A DNA stretch of 64,000 bases from Candidatus Coprovivens sp. (GCA_051892935.1 JBJFGS010000011.1:19311-83310), one strand, 5' to 3'. Counted from the stretch's first letter, positions 1-10,789 are shown. The notes: generated by a model not told the origin, from the sequence alone. Translations and numbers: made by a program.

Positions 1-2
1 CT

Positions 3-428
3 TAACACCTTATCATTATATATATCTACAGTATTATTACTAACTATAATAGTATCAACATTAAATGCAACACTACTTCTTATAATAGTACCCAAATTAC
101 CAGGATCTTGTAAATCTTCAAGAATTAAAACCTTATTTCCTATCTCTTTTTCATCAATCTTCTTACATACTCCAATAATTTTTTGAGGAGTTTGTGTATA
201 AGATAATTTTTTTATAACATCATATGTAACAATAGTAGTATTAACATCAAAATCTCTTACATAATCATCACACTTTATTACTTCAAGCAATACACCTGCT
301 TTATAAGCTTCTTCTACTAGATGTTCACCTTCAACTAAAAATTTACCTTCTTCATCTCTATATTTTTTTATCAGTAGCTTACTTAAATTCTTAATTCTTT
401 TATTTTCCAAAGAAGTAATAATTTCCAT
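3..428 (-). CDS. TrmH/SpoU family RNA methyltransferase (3' end runs off the window)
   Basis: Not in the ORF track. Manual translation from ATG at 428: MEITSLENKRIKNLSKL...FLVEGEHLVEEA...ILEDLQDPGNLGTIIRSSVAF, containing the SPOUT motif DPGNLGTIIRS. Confidence 0.9.
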   Translation of the reverse strand, partial: MEIITSLENKRIKNLSKLLIKKYRDEEGKFLVEGEHLVEEAYKAGVLLEVIKCDDYVRDFDVNTTIVTYDVIKKLSYTQTPQKIIGVCKKIDEKEIGNKVLILEDLQDPGNLGTIIRSSVAFNVDTIIVSNNTVDIYNDKVL

Positions 429-1064
429 TTATTCCACCCTCAATCTTTTTCTTGCTAATTTATAATCTGGATATCTAATATCAACTTGTTTCCAAAATCT
501 ACTACTATGATTTGCTTCATAAAAATGACATATTTCATGGATAATAACATAATCAATTAAAGAAACATCTTTTTTTAATAATTCACTATTTAAAGTAATA
601 ACTCTTTTAGTAACATTATTAACACCCCATCTTGTTTTCATCATGCGAATCTTCAAACTAAATTTTGGGATATCTTTAAACATAGTTAAACATTCATCAA
701 TTCTTTCACTAAATACTCTAAAGCATTCTTCCTTATACCATTTTTCTAATTGTTTACTATTCTTAGCATAAATCATATCATCTTCAATATAAACTTTCTT
801 TACATTTTCATCAAAAACCTTGGTATAAGGTTTACCTAAATAATAAAATGACAAATTCTTCTCTTGTTTTTTCTTTGCTGTCTCATACATTTTTAATAAA
901 GACTTTTCATTCTTTTGAATGATTTTTAAAATTTCTTTTTCACTAAAAAATTTATTACAAGTAACAAATAAAGTACCATCATCTTTAAATCTAAAATATA
1001 TATTTTTGTTTTTTTTCTTTTCTATTTCTAATGATACTTTATAATCTCCAAGTTGTACAAACAT
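429..1064 (-). CDS. M48/YgjP (DUF45) family zinc metallohydrolase
   Basis: MKTRWG and DYVIIHEICHFYEANHSSRFW (HExxH). Confidence 0.85.
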   Translation of the reverse strand: MFVQLGDYKVSLEIEKKKNKNIYFRFKDDGTLFVTCNKFFSEKEILKIIQKNEKSLLKMYETAKKKQEKNLSFYYLGKPYTKVFDENVKKVYIEDDMIYAKNSKQLEKWYKEECFRVFSERIDECLTMFKDIPKFSLKIRMMKTRWGVNNVTKRVITLNSELLKKDVSLIDYVIIHEICHFYEANHSSRFWKQVDIRYPDYKLARKRLRVE

Positions 1065-1144
1065 AAAATCACCTTTACCTATAATATTTTAACATAAAAA
1101 GAATGTATAAAAAAGAAAGATTATTTTTTACAAAAAAAGAAGTA

Positions 1145-2881
1145 TTAGAAATCTAATACTTCTGGACTATATAGACTTTTATATATTACTGATTTTTTCA
1201 TTAGTTCATTATGAGTACCTGAAGCACTAACTTTTCCTTTATCAATAACATAAATTTCATCAGCATCCATAATTGTAGAGAGTCTATGAGCAACAATTAT
1301 TATTGTATGCGTTTTAACTAAATCATCAATAGTCTTCTTTATATATTCTTGCGATTCATTATCTAAAGCCGAAGTAGCTTCATCAAATAAAATAACTTTA
1401 GTATTTTTAAGTAATGTTCTAGCAATTGCAATTCTTTGCTTTTGACCACCACTTAAATTAACTCCACCTTCACCAATTAAAGTATCATATTGGTTAGGCA
1501 ATGACATAATATAATCATCTATATAAGCTTTCTTGCAAACATCTCTTACTTCATCTAAAGTAACATCTTCTTTTACAACTTTAAAATTTTCTAAAATAGT
1601 AGTATTAAATAAATAAGGTGATTGTCTAATAACAGATATACTATCTCTTAGTGAATCCTCACTCAATTTTTTTATATCAATACCATTTATTCTAATACTG
1701 CCTTTAGTACAATCAAAATATCTTAATAATAGATTAAATAGTGTACTCTTTCCATTACCAGATTTACCAACAATCGCAATTTTCTTATTTGGTTCTAATT
1801 TCATAGATAAACCATTTAATATATAATCTTTATCTTCTTTTCGATATTTAAATTTAACATTCTTAAACTCTATCTCACATTTTTCATCATTAATACTTTC
1901 TTTACCATACTTCTCATCTTCATACAATTTATTATTTAATATCTCATCTATTCTTTTTAAAGAAACTGTTACTTTATTAAAATAAACACCAAATTCAGAA
2001 AGAGATTCAACAACATCATCTATTCTCCAAATATACTTTTCTATTAAAACAAAAGAAGCAAAAGTAATAATACCATTAAAAACCTGCATTCCTAATGTAA
2101 ATAAAATTAAAAACTGGATAATAAAATAACATAAATTATTTAAACTATAATAATAAGCTTCATTAACACCTATTTTCTTTTGTTTATTAAATAAGTTTTC
2201 TATATTAATATATATTCTTCTATTTATATTTTCTTTAATTCCTAAAGCTTTTATTTCTCTAATACCAGCAATATTCTGTGTAGCAACTTTTACATATTCA
2301 TCAGAATCCTTTTTAATTTCTTCATGAATTTTTTTTAATTTTGGATAATAAATATTAGATAAAATAAACATAACAACACATAATAGTAACAATTCTAAAC
2401 CTACTATCCCAGATATAGTAAATGATATAATAGCAATAACAATAGCAATAATCAATCTACAAGATAACTTGATCAACTTCTGTAATAATTCTAATATTCT
2501 ATCTGGATCATTATATAAACGATTAACAAATTCTCCAGAACCAATATCTTCAAAAGCTATAGCAGGTAAATTAGAAATCTTACTATAAAGATCTTTATTT
2601 ACACATTCCATAAATTTTTTTTCTAATTTATTATATATTAAGTCTGTAGGTAATTGTACAAATACCCAAGCTATAATTATTATAGAACTCCATAAAAGCA
2701 AATATTTAATAAAATGATTTTGATTCCCTGTAGCCAAAGCTTCAAAAGCACTAGCCCATATAAAAGCATTAGCCAATGGTTCAAAGTATTTAAGTATAGT
2801 AAATATTATATAAAGAAATAGATTAAGTTTGTCGTTTTTAAAATATCTTAAAAGTATTTTAAAATGTTTCAAACCTTTCAT
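1145..2881 (-). CDS. ABC exporter, fused permease and ATP-binding domains
   Basis: N-terminal TM helices; Walker A GKSGNGKST, signature LSGGQKQR, DEATSALD, AHRLST. Confidence 0.95.
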   Translation of the reverse strand: MKGLKHFKILLRYFKNDKLNLFLYIIFTILKYFEPLANAFIWASAFEALATGNQNHFIKYLLLWSSIIIIAWVFVQLPTDLIYNKLEKKFMECVNKDLYSKISNLPAIAFEDIGSGEFVNRLYNDPDRILELLQKLIKLSCRLIIAIVIAIISFTISGIVGLELLLLCVVMFILSNIYYPKLKKIHEEIKKDSDEYVKVATQNIAGIREIKALGIKENINRRIYINIENLFNKQKKIGVNEAYYYSLNNLCYFIIQFLILFTLGMQVFNGIITFASFVLIEKYIWRIDDVVESLSEFGVYFNKVTVSLKRIDEILNNKLYEDEKYGKESINDEKCEIEFKNVKFKYRKEDKDYILNGLSMKLEPNKKIAIVGKSGNGKSTLFNLLLRYFDCTKGSIRINGIDIKKLSEDSLRDSISVIRQSPYLFNTTILENFKVVKEDVTLDEVRDVCKKAYIDDYIMSLPNQYDTLIGEGGVNLSGGQKQRIAIARTLLKNTKVILFDEATSALDNESQEYIKKTIDDLVKTHTIIIVAHRLSTIMDADEIYVIDKGKVSASGTHNELMKKSVIYKSLYSPEVLDF

Positions 2882-2896
2882 CTTTTCCCCTCCAAT

Positions 2897-2925
2897 AAAA
2901 AATAACTATCATGTAATAGTCATTT
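2897..2925 (-). terminator. Intrinsic terminator/attenuator in the leader of the ABC exporter
   Basis: Minus strand AAATGACTATTACATGATAGTTATTTTTT, a stem-loop with a U-tract immediately before the GGAGG RBS of the ABC gene. Confidence 0.65.
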
Positions 2926-2948
2926 GTCTAAAAAGTATTTCTCAAAAA

Positions 2949-3029
2949 TTATAATTCGTGAGAAAATGCTCTAACAAATCTATTACTCATCCTCAATATA
3001 AAATTTTCTTTTTGAATTTTTTTGCTCAT
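2949..3029 (-). CDS. Putative leader peptide MSKKIQKENFILRMSNRFVRAFSHEL (26 aa)
   Basis: GAGGAG RBS, ATG at 3029, TAA at 2949-2951; lies between the upstream terminator and the attenuator hairpin. Confidence 0.6.
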   Translation of the reverse strand: MSKKIQKENFILRMSNRFVRAFSHEL

Positions 3030-3078
3030 TTTCTCACTCCTCTCTCTAAAAAATTCTCCATTAATATATCATCAATAA

Positions 3079-3112
3079 AAAAAGATGTCAACCTTTTTGG
3101 GTTAACATCTTA
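3079..3112 (-). terminator. Intrinsic terminator at the end of the DUF285 gene
   Basis: Plus strand aaaaagatgtcaacc-ttttt-gggttaacatctt inverted repeat overlapping the stop codon. Confidence 0.7.
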
Positions 3113-5334
3113 TTCTTTAATTAATACAACACAATCAGGAGCTTGTTTTTCTATAAATGCTTTAGCCTTTTCATCTTTTACATAGATTGTAGAACCACTT
3201 ATGCCCTTAAACATGTCAGTAACATCAGCTTCTTCATTCCAATCGCTTCCACTTAAATCGAATACCGAAGGATAAACTTTACCATCAGTTGTAGAAAACA
3301 TTAAAGAATAGTTAATAGAAGTACCAAAATTAACGCCAGATAAATCAAGTTCATTAACATAATTATAGTTAAACATACCTCTAGAATTTTGCAAACTACT
3401 TAAATTCCAATTTTTTAGATTTAGTTTAGCAGAAAATAATGAAAACATACCAGTAGCTTTTTCTAACTTTTCAACATTCCAATTAGATAAATCTAATTCT
3501 TCAATTGGATTAGTAATATTTTTTGAAGGGACTAACGAACCAAACATATAATTTGCAGACGAAAGATTAGATGTATCCCAATAATATATATCACTTAAAT
3601 CAGAAACACCAACTCCCCGAAACATAGAATCCATGTTTATTGCTGAACTAGTATCAAAATCATCTAAACCAATAATTGTTTTAACCCTACTATTTCCAAT
3701 AAACATATTATCAAAATATTCAACATTCTGAGTATCTAAACCAGTAAGATCAATAGTAGTTATATTAGGATATTCATACAATAAACCAAATATACTATGA
3801 TAAAACATCCCTGTCATTCTTTTTACATTACTAGTATCCCAGTCTTTAAAATAATCAATAGTAACTTCAACTGGTGAAAGATATCTAAAAAAAGCAAACA
3901 TACGTGTCATATCTTCTACCTTAGAAGTATCAAAATCATATATATCTAAATTTAATTCTCTAGAATTAGAACCAAAATATAGAAACATCGAACTCATATT
4001 AGTTACATTACTAGTATCAAAATTAGACAAATCCAAATTAATAGTTTCTGAAAAATAACCGGCTTCCCAAAACATAAAAGACATATCTGTAACATTACTT
4101 GTATCAAACATCGATAAATCTAGTTCTAAGTCTTCAGTATATTCAGCAAAACCAGCAAACATGCCACGCATACTTGTAACATTGCTCGTTTCAAACCCAG
4201 ATAAATCATATTTAATCATATCTACTTGATTTCCAATACCAGTTAACATATATTCCATGTTTGTTGTTTTATTAGAAAAAAACTTTGACATATCTAAATA
4301 CTTAATGTTAAAAAAATCATTATCACTATTATTATCTTCTGCATTATAAGATGAAAATTGATAAGATGCATCTTTTGGGACAACTACACCACCATCTTGA
4401 CCAATTAAAAATAAATAACTTTCTTCTTCAGTATCTGCTAAATAAACACCTAATATAACATCACCATTTTGTTGTTCAGAAACATCATAAGTATTCTGTA
4501 GAGAAAAAGAAACATCATCAATTAAATAAGTATCACTAAGTTCCTTATAATCTTCCATAACTAAATAATGAACAAAATCCCTATCACCATATAATTTCCA
4601 ATCGATACAAAAATCACCATCATAATCTAAATTAGCACAACTAGGAGCTAAATTAGATAGAATATAAGAAATATCAGTAGTAATATCAATATGTTGAACA
4701 TCACTAGCTTTAACATGACTAAAATGAGAATAACCTAAAACTAAAAACAATAAAATAATCAAATATAATATTTTATTTTTTCTATATACAATAATAAAAA
4801 GAAGAGAACATAAAATAAAAGCAATTACCACTAATACAATAATATCAAATGTATCAGGATTAATATAAGAAACATTTTCAAATAATAACTCTGCCTTAGC
4901 CTTTTCATTAAAATTTTCAATAGATAAAATATAATCAGGTTGATCAGCTTTAATAGAGTATAAAAAAGTAATAGTATCTCCTGGAGCAATAATCTTATTC
5001 TTATCATAATTAAGTACTTCATACTTTAAATGATAATCATTATCTAACCCCTTAACATCAAAAAGCTTTTTATAATTATCCGAATCATTAGTAAGTGTAA
5101 TTTGATACACTAAAGAAGCATCAGCATCATATATTACTCCTTCTGTAGAAATAATATTATCATTAATATCATTTTTTAATATTTTAGAACCACCAGTACC
5201 ACCTACAAATTCAACATCCTTTACAATAATGTCACTTTCTGCTTTTACCAACATAATTGGAATAAACAAAATAAAAGCTAAAAAACTAAAACATTACTTT
5301 TAATAAGTTTAACACCATTATTCTTAAAATACAT
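3110..5334 (-). CDS. BspA/DUF285 leucine-rich-repeat surface protein; as sequenced the 5' end is frameshifted (open frame 3110..5269)
   Basis: About 11 repeats of the LDLSxFDTSNVTxMSxMF type. ATG at 5334 with AGGAAG RBS is one base out of frame at a T6 tract (5280-5285). Confidence 0.85.
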
Positions 5335-5406
5335 AAAAAACACTTCCTATATTATCTTTATTATACAATAGTATTATAACACATTTTAAAAATCAATCAT
5401 ATCAAT

Positions 5407-6705
5407 TTATAATACTTTTTTATTAGTAACATCAGAAATTAAAAATCCAGTTATCATAAAAAAGATTGGAGCAATAAACAATATTCTAATATTAAAAAAA
5501 GATTGAATTAAATAAGCACAAAACACAATAAAGAAAGAAACTAAAACATCATAATCATTATCAATTGATATTACTTTTTTTAAAGAAAGAACAAATATCA
5601 AAAGCATAAATAACAAATATGTAGCAAAAGTAAATATACCTTCTGTAAACAGTATTTGAAAAAACTCGTTATGTGCTTTATAAACAGGATTATCTCTACT
5701 AGGAGAATCATATATTAAAGTACCATAATTATAACCTAAATAAGCAAAATTATCTATTCCTATACCAGTATAAATATAATTAGAAAAATACTTAAAAGCT
5801 TCTTTCCATATATATATTCTACCTGTCCCAAAAGAATTATCAATATTACCACTAAGAGTATTTTTTAATTCATATTTCAAATTTGAAACATCATTACTAT
5901 AATTATCATTAATTACTGATACTATATTAAATAGAATAAAAAATGAGACAAATAAAAATATAAATTTTTTACACACTAATCCCAAATTAATTTTTTTTCT
6001 TCTAATAAAAAAACAATATAAAATCAACATAATAACTATCAATACTAAAGTCAATAAAGCTCCCATCGTTCCACATATTAGAATACCGAACACAAACAAA
6101 AGAGTTAACAAAAAAGTTCCTTTATTATTTGTATTATCTAATAAATACTTTGGTAACCATAAACCAACCATAATAATCATATATGTTCCCATAAAATCAG
6201 GATTAAATAAAAAACCAGAAGCTACACTCCATTTTCTTGTAACAGGAATACCAAAAACAAACTGACAATTAATAACTTGAAGAAAACCATACAAAACATT
6301 AAGAATTCCACAAATAGTTAAAATAATAAAAATAATATTTCTTAATTTATCTTTTTTAACCATTGTTGCCAGTAAAAAAAATGAATAATAAGAAAGTATC
6401 ACAAACAAACCTTCTCTACTACCATAAAAGCCCTTCAAAGCTACCCTTTGATCAAAAGCATAATGGTACGATAAAAATAACAAAAAACTAAATAATAAGA
6501 AAAAAATGTTCCAAATTTTAAATTTATTGTATTTAATAGACAAAAAAATATAAAAAATTATAGCAATAATTCCAAAGATTTCTATAATATAAGATACAAA
6601 ATCCACACTAATAACAAAATAAGAGTATAGTATCGAACAAACATATAAAAAAATAATCAATAATATAAAAAATAAATTGATAATAAAACTACAAATTTTC
6701 TCCAT
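5407..6705 (-). CDS. O-antigen ligase (Wzy_C) family membrane protein
   Basis: About 12 TM segments; SGFLFNPD, GTGRIYIW, GIGIDNF and KAHNEFFQ motifs. Confidence 0.85.
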   Translation of the reverse strand: MEKICSFIINLFFILLIIFLYVCSILYSYFVISVDFVSYIIEIFGIIAIIFYIFLSIKYNKFKIWNIFFLLFSFLLFLSYHYAFDQRVALKGFYGSREGLFVILSYYSFFLLATMVKKDKLRNIIFIILTICGILNVLYGFLQVINCQFVFGIPVTRKWSVASGFLFNPDFMGTYMIIMVGLWLPKYLLDNTNNKGTFLLTLLFVFGILICGTMGALLTLVLIVIMLILYCFFIRRKKINLGLVCKKFIFLFVSFFILFNIVSVINDNYSNDVSNLKYELKNTLSGNIDNSFGTGRIYIWKEAFKYFSNYIYTGIGIDNFAYLGYNYGTLIYDSPSRDNPVYKAHNEFFQILFTEGIFTFATYLLFMLLIFVLSLKKVISIDNDYDVLVSFFIVFCAYLIQSFFNIRILFIAPIFFMITGFLISDVTNKKVL

Positions 6706-6736
6706 AAAACCCTCTTAAAAAAAGCTCGTTAGAGCT

Positions 6737-7999
6737 TTAAAATTCAATTTTTTTCTTTTTTACAACAATAACTATTGAACCAATTAATAATAATATAAAC
6801 AGCATAACAGCAATATCTTCAGTTGAAGGATTTACTATGCTATTATCTTTTTCAGAAGGAACATCTTCTATTTCAGAATCCATCATAACATCTGAATTAC
6901 CTAATCCAACTAAATTATAATATAATTTATTTACATCATAAATATCATAACTTAAATAAGTAGGACATGTAAAATCATTAATATAAGAAGTATCACATAT
7001 TCCATCAAAGTAACTCTTTAAGATATATAATTCTTTAGCATCCTTATCGAATAAAAAGTCTAAATATCTATAGTTTTGCTTGATTTCTTGAACTAAATTA
7101 CCTTCTAAATCAAGTATTTCTATTTTATCATTATACAAACCAAGTTTAGTATCTATTTGCATTTCCTTAATTAAAATTATACAATCTCCAACAAAATTTA
7201 CTTTTTTTATTTTTTCATTTAAAGCATTTTTAATTTCAAATTCTAAGTTACCATCATAATAATATTGCAAAGAATTGTTATTATAAACCACAAACTTTTT
7301 ATCACTAACATCATACACCTTGAAAACTAAATTATTTTCAATTTTATAATCTAATTCAGGAAAATACTTTACAACATTCTCTTTATTACAATCCATATAT
7401 TCAACAGAAGTTTTATCTTCGGAAAGTTTAATCATATCACAAGAAAGATTATCATATGTTACATCAGAAGAAGATGAATTATTTAAAAACAAAAAATAAG
7501 CATTCCCCTCAAACTCATTGAAATAATAATTATTATTATAATTAAAATAAAAAGAATAAACCTCATCTTTTAATAATTCTTTATCAAGTATTATTTCAGA
7601 AACAACATCAAAATTATTATCATAAACGTTCAAAGAAAAAGCCTGTTTCTCAAAATAGCGACTACTATAGTGATAATTTGATATACCATATATATATTCA
7701 TCATTAACGAAAAAATAATGATCGTTAATTATAGTATTATCAAATTCACCATCACTTTTTTTATAACCAAGAAAAGAATGAATATCAGTACGGTCATCAA
7801 TATATCTAAAGCCAGTCAAAACACTATCATTAAAGTTAATTATTTTGCCTCCATTAGAAATAAGATAAGAAACAGGCTCATCATTAATATCAATAGTTTC
7901 TTTTTTTATAAAAACATCCTTTCCATCAGCATACACAAAAGAAGAAAAAATAAAGAATAACGCAAAAAACAAAGACAACTTAAAGTACTTCACAAACAC
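6737..7999 (-). CDS. Secreted, C-terminally anchored surface protein (NPST motif)
   Basis: Signal peptide ending VYA; C-terminal NPSTED, TM segment and KKKK. Confidence 0.75.
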   Translation of the reverse strand: MFVKYFKLSLFFALFFIFSSFVYADGKDVFIKKETIDINDEPVSYLISNGGKIINFNDSVLTGFRYIDDRTDIHSFLGYKKSDGEFDNTIINDHYFFVNDEYIYGISNYHYSSRYFEKQAFSLNVYDNNFDVVSEIILDKELLKDEVYSFYFNYNNNYYFNEFEGNAYFLFLNNSSSSDVTYDNLSCDMIKLSEDKTSVEYMDCNKENVVKYFPELDYKIENNLVFKVYDVSDKKFVVYNNNSLQYYYDGNLEFEIKNALNEKIKKVNFVGDCIILIKEMQIDTKLGLYNDKIEILDLEGNLVQEIKQNYRYLDFLFDKDAKELYILKSYFDGICDTSYINDFTCPTYLSYDIYDVNKLYYNLVGLGNSDVMMDSEIEDVPSEKDNSIVNPSTEDIAVMLFILLLIGSIVIVVKKKKIEF

Positions 8000-8056
8000 A
8001 CACCTCTATCTTAAACATATTATAACATAGCACTTCAAAAAGTAAAATAATATTTA

Positions 8057-8761
8057 TTATTTTAGTTTATCAACAAAATTATGCCATTCAATATTACTCC
8101 CACTTTCTTCATTCCAACCAACAACTCCAGGGCATTCCTTTCCAGAAACATCGTAATGTCTTATAACATGAAATTTATCAATATCATATTTTCCCATTAA
8201 ATAATTTACTAAATCAACAGCAGTATTTATTGTCTGCTCTGAAAAATACCATCCTTCTGAATTATATGATAAATCATCACTATCATTACTAACACATAAT
8301 TCTATACTAACACTATTTTCATTAGTAACAATGCCATATAATGAACCACCAAAATTGTCCTTTTTATCTCCGCCTACAGCCCAACTATATCTAAAATCTA
8401 TAACAGGATTATATTGATAAATATCACCATTTAAATCAACAAAAAAATCTGCACTTGCACTATCTGCACGAAGCGAATTATAATAATTAATTATATCTAC
8501 AGCACCTTTGGTTGTTCCAGTATAGTGTATTACAATATATTCAATTTCACCATTTCTCAAACTAGTATTATGATTAGAAAAGTTTTGATTAACATATACT
8601 TCTATACTTTTTTCATCATTAAAATAATCTAATTTCTTGCTTTCAAATTTTGTATCAATGATATCTAAGAATTTAGAATAATCAGCATTTTTATCAATAT
8701 AAATAAAACATAATATAGTTACTAAAACAATAATAATAAAACAATAAAACCATCTACGCAT
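8057..8761 (-). CDS. Membrane-anchored N-acetylmuramoyl-L-alanine amidase (Amidase_2)
   Basis: IVIHYTG, NENSVSIELC and RHYDVSGKECPG zinc-ligand motifs; N-terminal TM. Confidence 0.9.
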   Translation of the reverse strand: MRRWFYCFIIIVLVTILCFIYIDKNADYSKFLDIIDTKFESKKLDYFNDEKSIEVYVNQNFSNHNTSLRNGEIEYIVIHYTGTTKGAVDIINYYNSLRADSASADFFVDLNGDIYQYNPVIDFRYSWAVGGDKKDNFGGSLYGIVTNENSVSIELCVSNDSDDLSYNSEGWYFSEQTINTAVDLVNYLMGKYDIDKFHVIRHYDVSGKECPGVVGWNEESGSNIEWHNFVDKLK

Positions 8762-8856
8762 TATTAATCAAAATCTCCTTAAATTCAATACTAAAGTGTT
8801 AATATCATACATAAATTATACCATATAAAAAGACATATCTAAATATGTCTTCTTAA

Positions 8857-9420
8857 TTACTTATCAAAACTAACTTTAACGTTTTCTCTTTCTGTACTAT
8901 TAGCTTCAAAGAATTTTTCTTCTTTAAATCCAAAAATACCTGCTACTAAACTACTTGGAAACATTTGAATTTTATCATTATATTTTAGTACAGTATCACT
9001 ATAAAATTGTCTTGCAGATGATATTTTATCTTCTGTTTCAGATAACTCAGCTTGTAAACTATTAAAGTTTTCATTTGCTTTTAATTCAGGATAAGCTTCT
9101 GCTAAAGCAAATAATTTTGAAATAGACTTAGTAAGTTCAGTATCAGCTTTAACTGCATCTTCATGTGTTGTAGCCGAAGTATATGTATTACGAGCTTCAA
9201 CAATTTCTTTTAAAGTATCTTTCTCATGTTTCATATAACCTTTTACTGTTTCTACTAAATTAGGTATTAAATCAAATCTTCTTTTTAATTGAATATCAAT
9301 TTGACTCCATTGATCTCTAACCCTATTTCTTAACTGAACTAAACTATTATAAGTTGCAATAACGTAAACTAATAATAACACTAAAACAACTAATACAATA
9401 CCCAATACTATTTTATCCAT
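8857..9420 (-). CDS. lemA: LemA family protein
   Basis: YNSLV..WSQIDIQLKRRFDLIPNLVETVKGY, EAYPELKAN; GGAGG RBS before ATG at 9420. Confidence 0.95.
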   Translation of the reverse strand: MDKIVLGIVLVVLVLLLVYVIATYNSLVQLRNRVRDQWSQIDIQLKRRFDLIPNLVETVKGYMKHEKDTLKEIVEARNTYTSATTHEDAVKADTELTKSISKLFALAEAYPELKANENFNSLQAELSETEDKISSARQFYSDTVLKYNDKIQMFPSSLVAGIFGFKEEKFFEANSTERENVKVSFDK

Positions 9421-9485
9421 ATATAATTCCTCCTTATAATAAAATAATAACACAATTCATTATTCAAAAAAAGCTTTAATTTTAA

Positions 9486-10712
9486 CTATTTTTTTATTGC
9501 TCTTTTTACTTTTCTTAAAACATTATACAATTTACCAATTAAATTAATATCTAATGTAAAAGAACCAATCAGCTCTTCAACATATCCCCCAAAACCTTTT
9601 TTAAATTCATATACACCATAATCTTTGCCTTTAGGATTAAATACATCTTGAATACCATAGAAATTATATCTTCTATACCCATTTTCAGCTGCATACTTAA
9701 TAATTTCCCATTGTAATCTATATTGTCCACAAAAGGACATATATTCTGCATAAGAACCACTAAATAAATAAACTATTTCATCACCATATAACATAAACAT
9801 TGCAGCTGATAATGGAATAACACTACCTTTTTCTTCTTTAAGTTTCTTAGTTTCTTCAATCTTCTTCTTATTATTTTCTATATTCTTACGCATCTCTTCT
9901 TTTTTCTTTTTATTAGAAGAAGAATCAGATAATTCACTAATTTTAACCTCAAAATTATTATTTTCATCAGTTAAAACTTTTAAATATGTATCTAAATCTA
10001 TTTCACATATTTTAAATGTTACATCATCACCAAATGCATCATACATATCCTCATAATAAGTTAAACTCTTATCTAAAAACTCTCTTCTATCACAAGTATC
10101 ACTTGTAATTTTCTTAAATTCAGATAATTCTTCTCTACTAAGAGTCCTAACATTTAATTTAAACTTACTATTAGTTTTATTTATATTATTTCTTGTACTA
10201 CTTCTAAAATCATTAAATAATTCATCACTAGTCTTACCATTTATATCTAAGCAATAACACCATTTAACTTGAGCACCATCTTCATTATATCTATATCCCA
10301 AACTTTCTAAGTATTTTCTAATATGCCTATTATCTACTCCTTCAACAACATTAGCATCCATATCTCTTGAAACATTTGGTATATAAGGATCTATTATTAA
10401 TCTCATTACTTTTTTAGATTTTAAAAATCTTTTTATTTCTTCTGTCATAAACTTTAGTAATTCTTTATTTTCATAATCAAGAATATAACCTTTATAAGAT
10501 TCAAATATTTTGTATCCCATAAATCTATGACCAGTATCCGCAATAAAAGCAGCTCCTAATATAGTTTCTTTTTCTTTAACACCTATTAAATATACTTCCT
10601 TACCTTCTTTTTTTATTCTATCTTTCATCATAACTGTTTGAAAAAAGTTTTTCTCAGGTCTCGTATCTACAAAACTCATAAATTCTTCATCAGTTAATTC
10701 AGTAAATTTCAT
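9486..10712 (-). CDS. FemABX/MurM family peptidoglycan bridge aminoacyltransferase
   Basis: NFFQT, IDP, internal coiled coil, YNFYGI and GVYEFKKGFGG motifs. Confidence 0.92.
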   Translation of the reverse strand: MKFTELTDEEFMSFVDTRPEKNFFQTVMMKDRIKKEGKEVYLIGVKEKETILGAAFIADTGHRFMGYKIFESYKGYILDYENKELLKFMTEEIKRFLKSKKVMRLIIDPYIPNVSRDMDANVVEGVDNRHIRKYLESLGYRYNEDGAQVKWCYCLDINGKTSDELFNDFRSSTRNNINKTNSKFKLNVRTLSREELSEFKKITSDTCDRREFLDKSLTYYEDMYDAFGDDVTFKICEIDLDTYLKVLTDENNNFEVKISELSDSSSNKKKKEEMRKNIENNKKKIEETKKLKEEKGSVIPLSAAMFMLYGDEIVYLFSGSYAEYMSFCGQYRLQWEIIKYAAENGYRRYNFYGIQDVFNPKGKDYGVYEFKKGFGGYVEELIGSFTLDINLIGKLYNVLRKVKRAIKK

Positions 10713-10789
10713 AATATCACCTATAATTAGTATACAATAAAGACATTTTTTTTAATAGAAAAAAAAGACTTATTTAACATAAGTCTTTT

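Noticed and set aside
3250-4300. Periodic DNA repeats (for example tagtatcaaa) as a CRISPR array
   Set aside because: They are degenerate, in-frame DUF285 protein repeats; no cas genes are present.
8057-8761. Amidase as a prophage endolysin
   Set aside because: It has an N-terminal membrane anchor and there are no holin or phage genes nearby.
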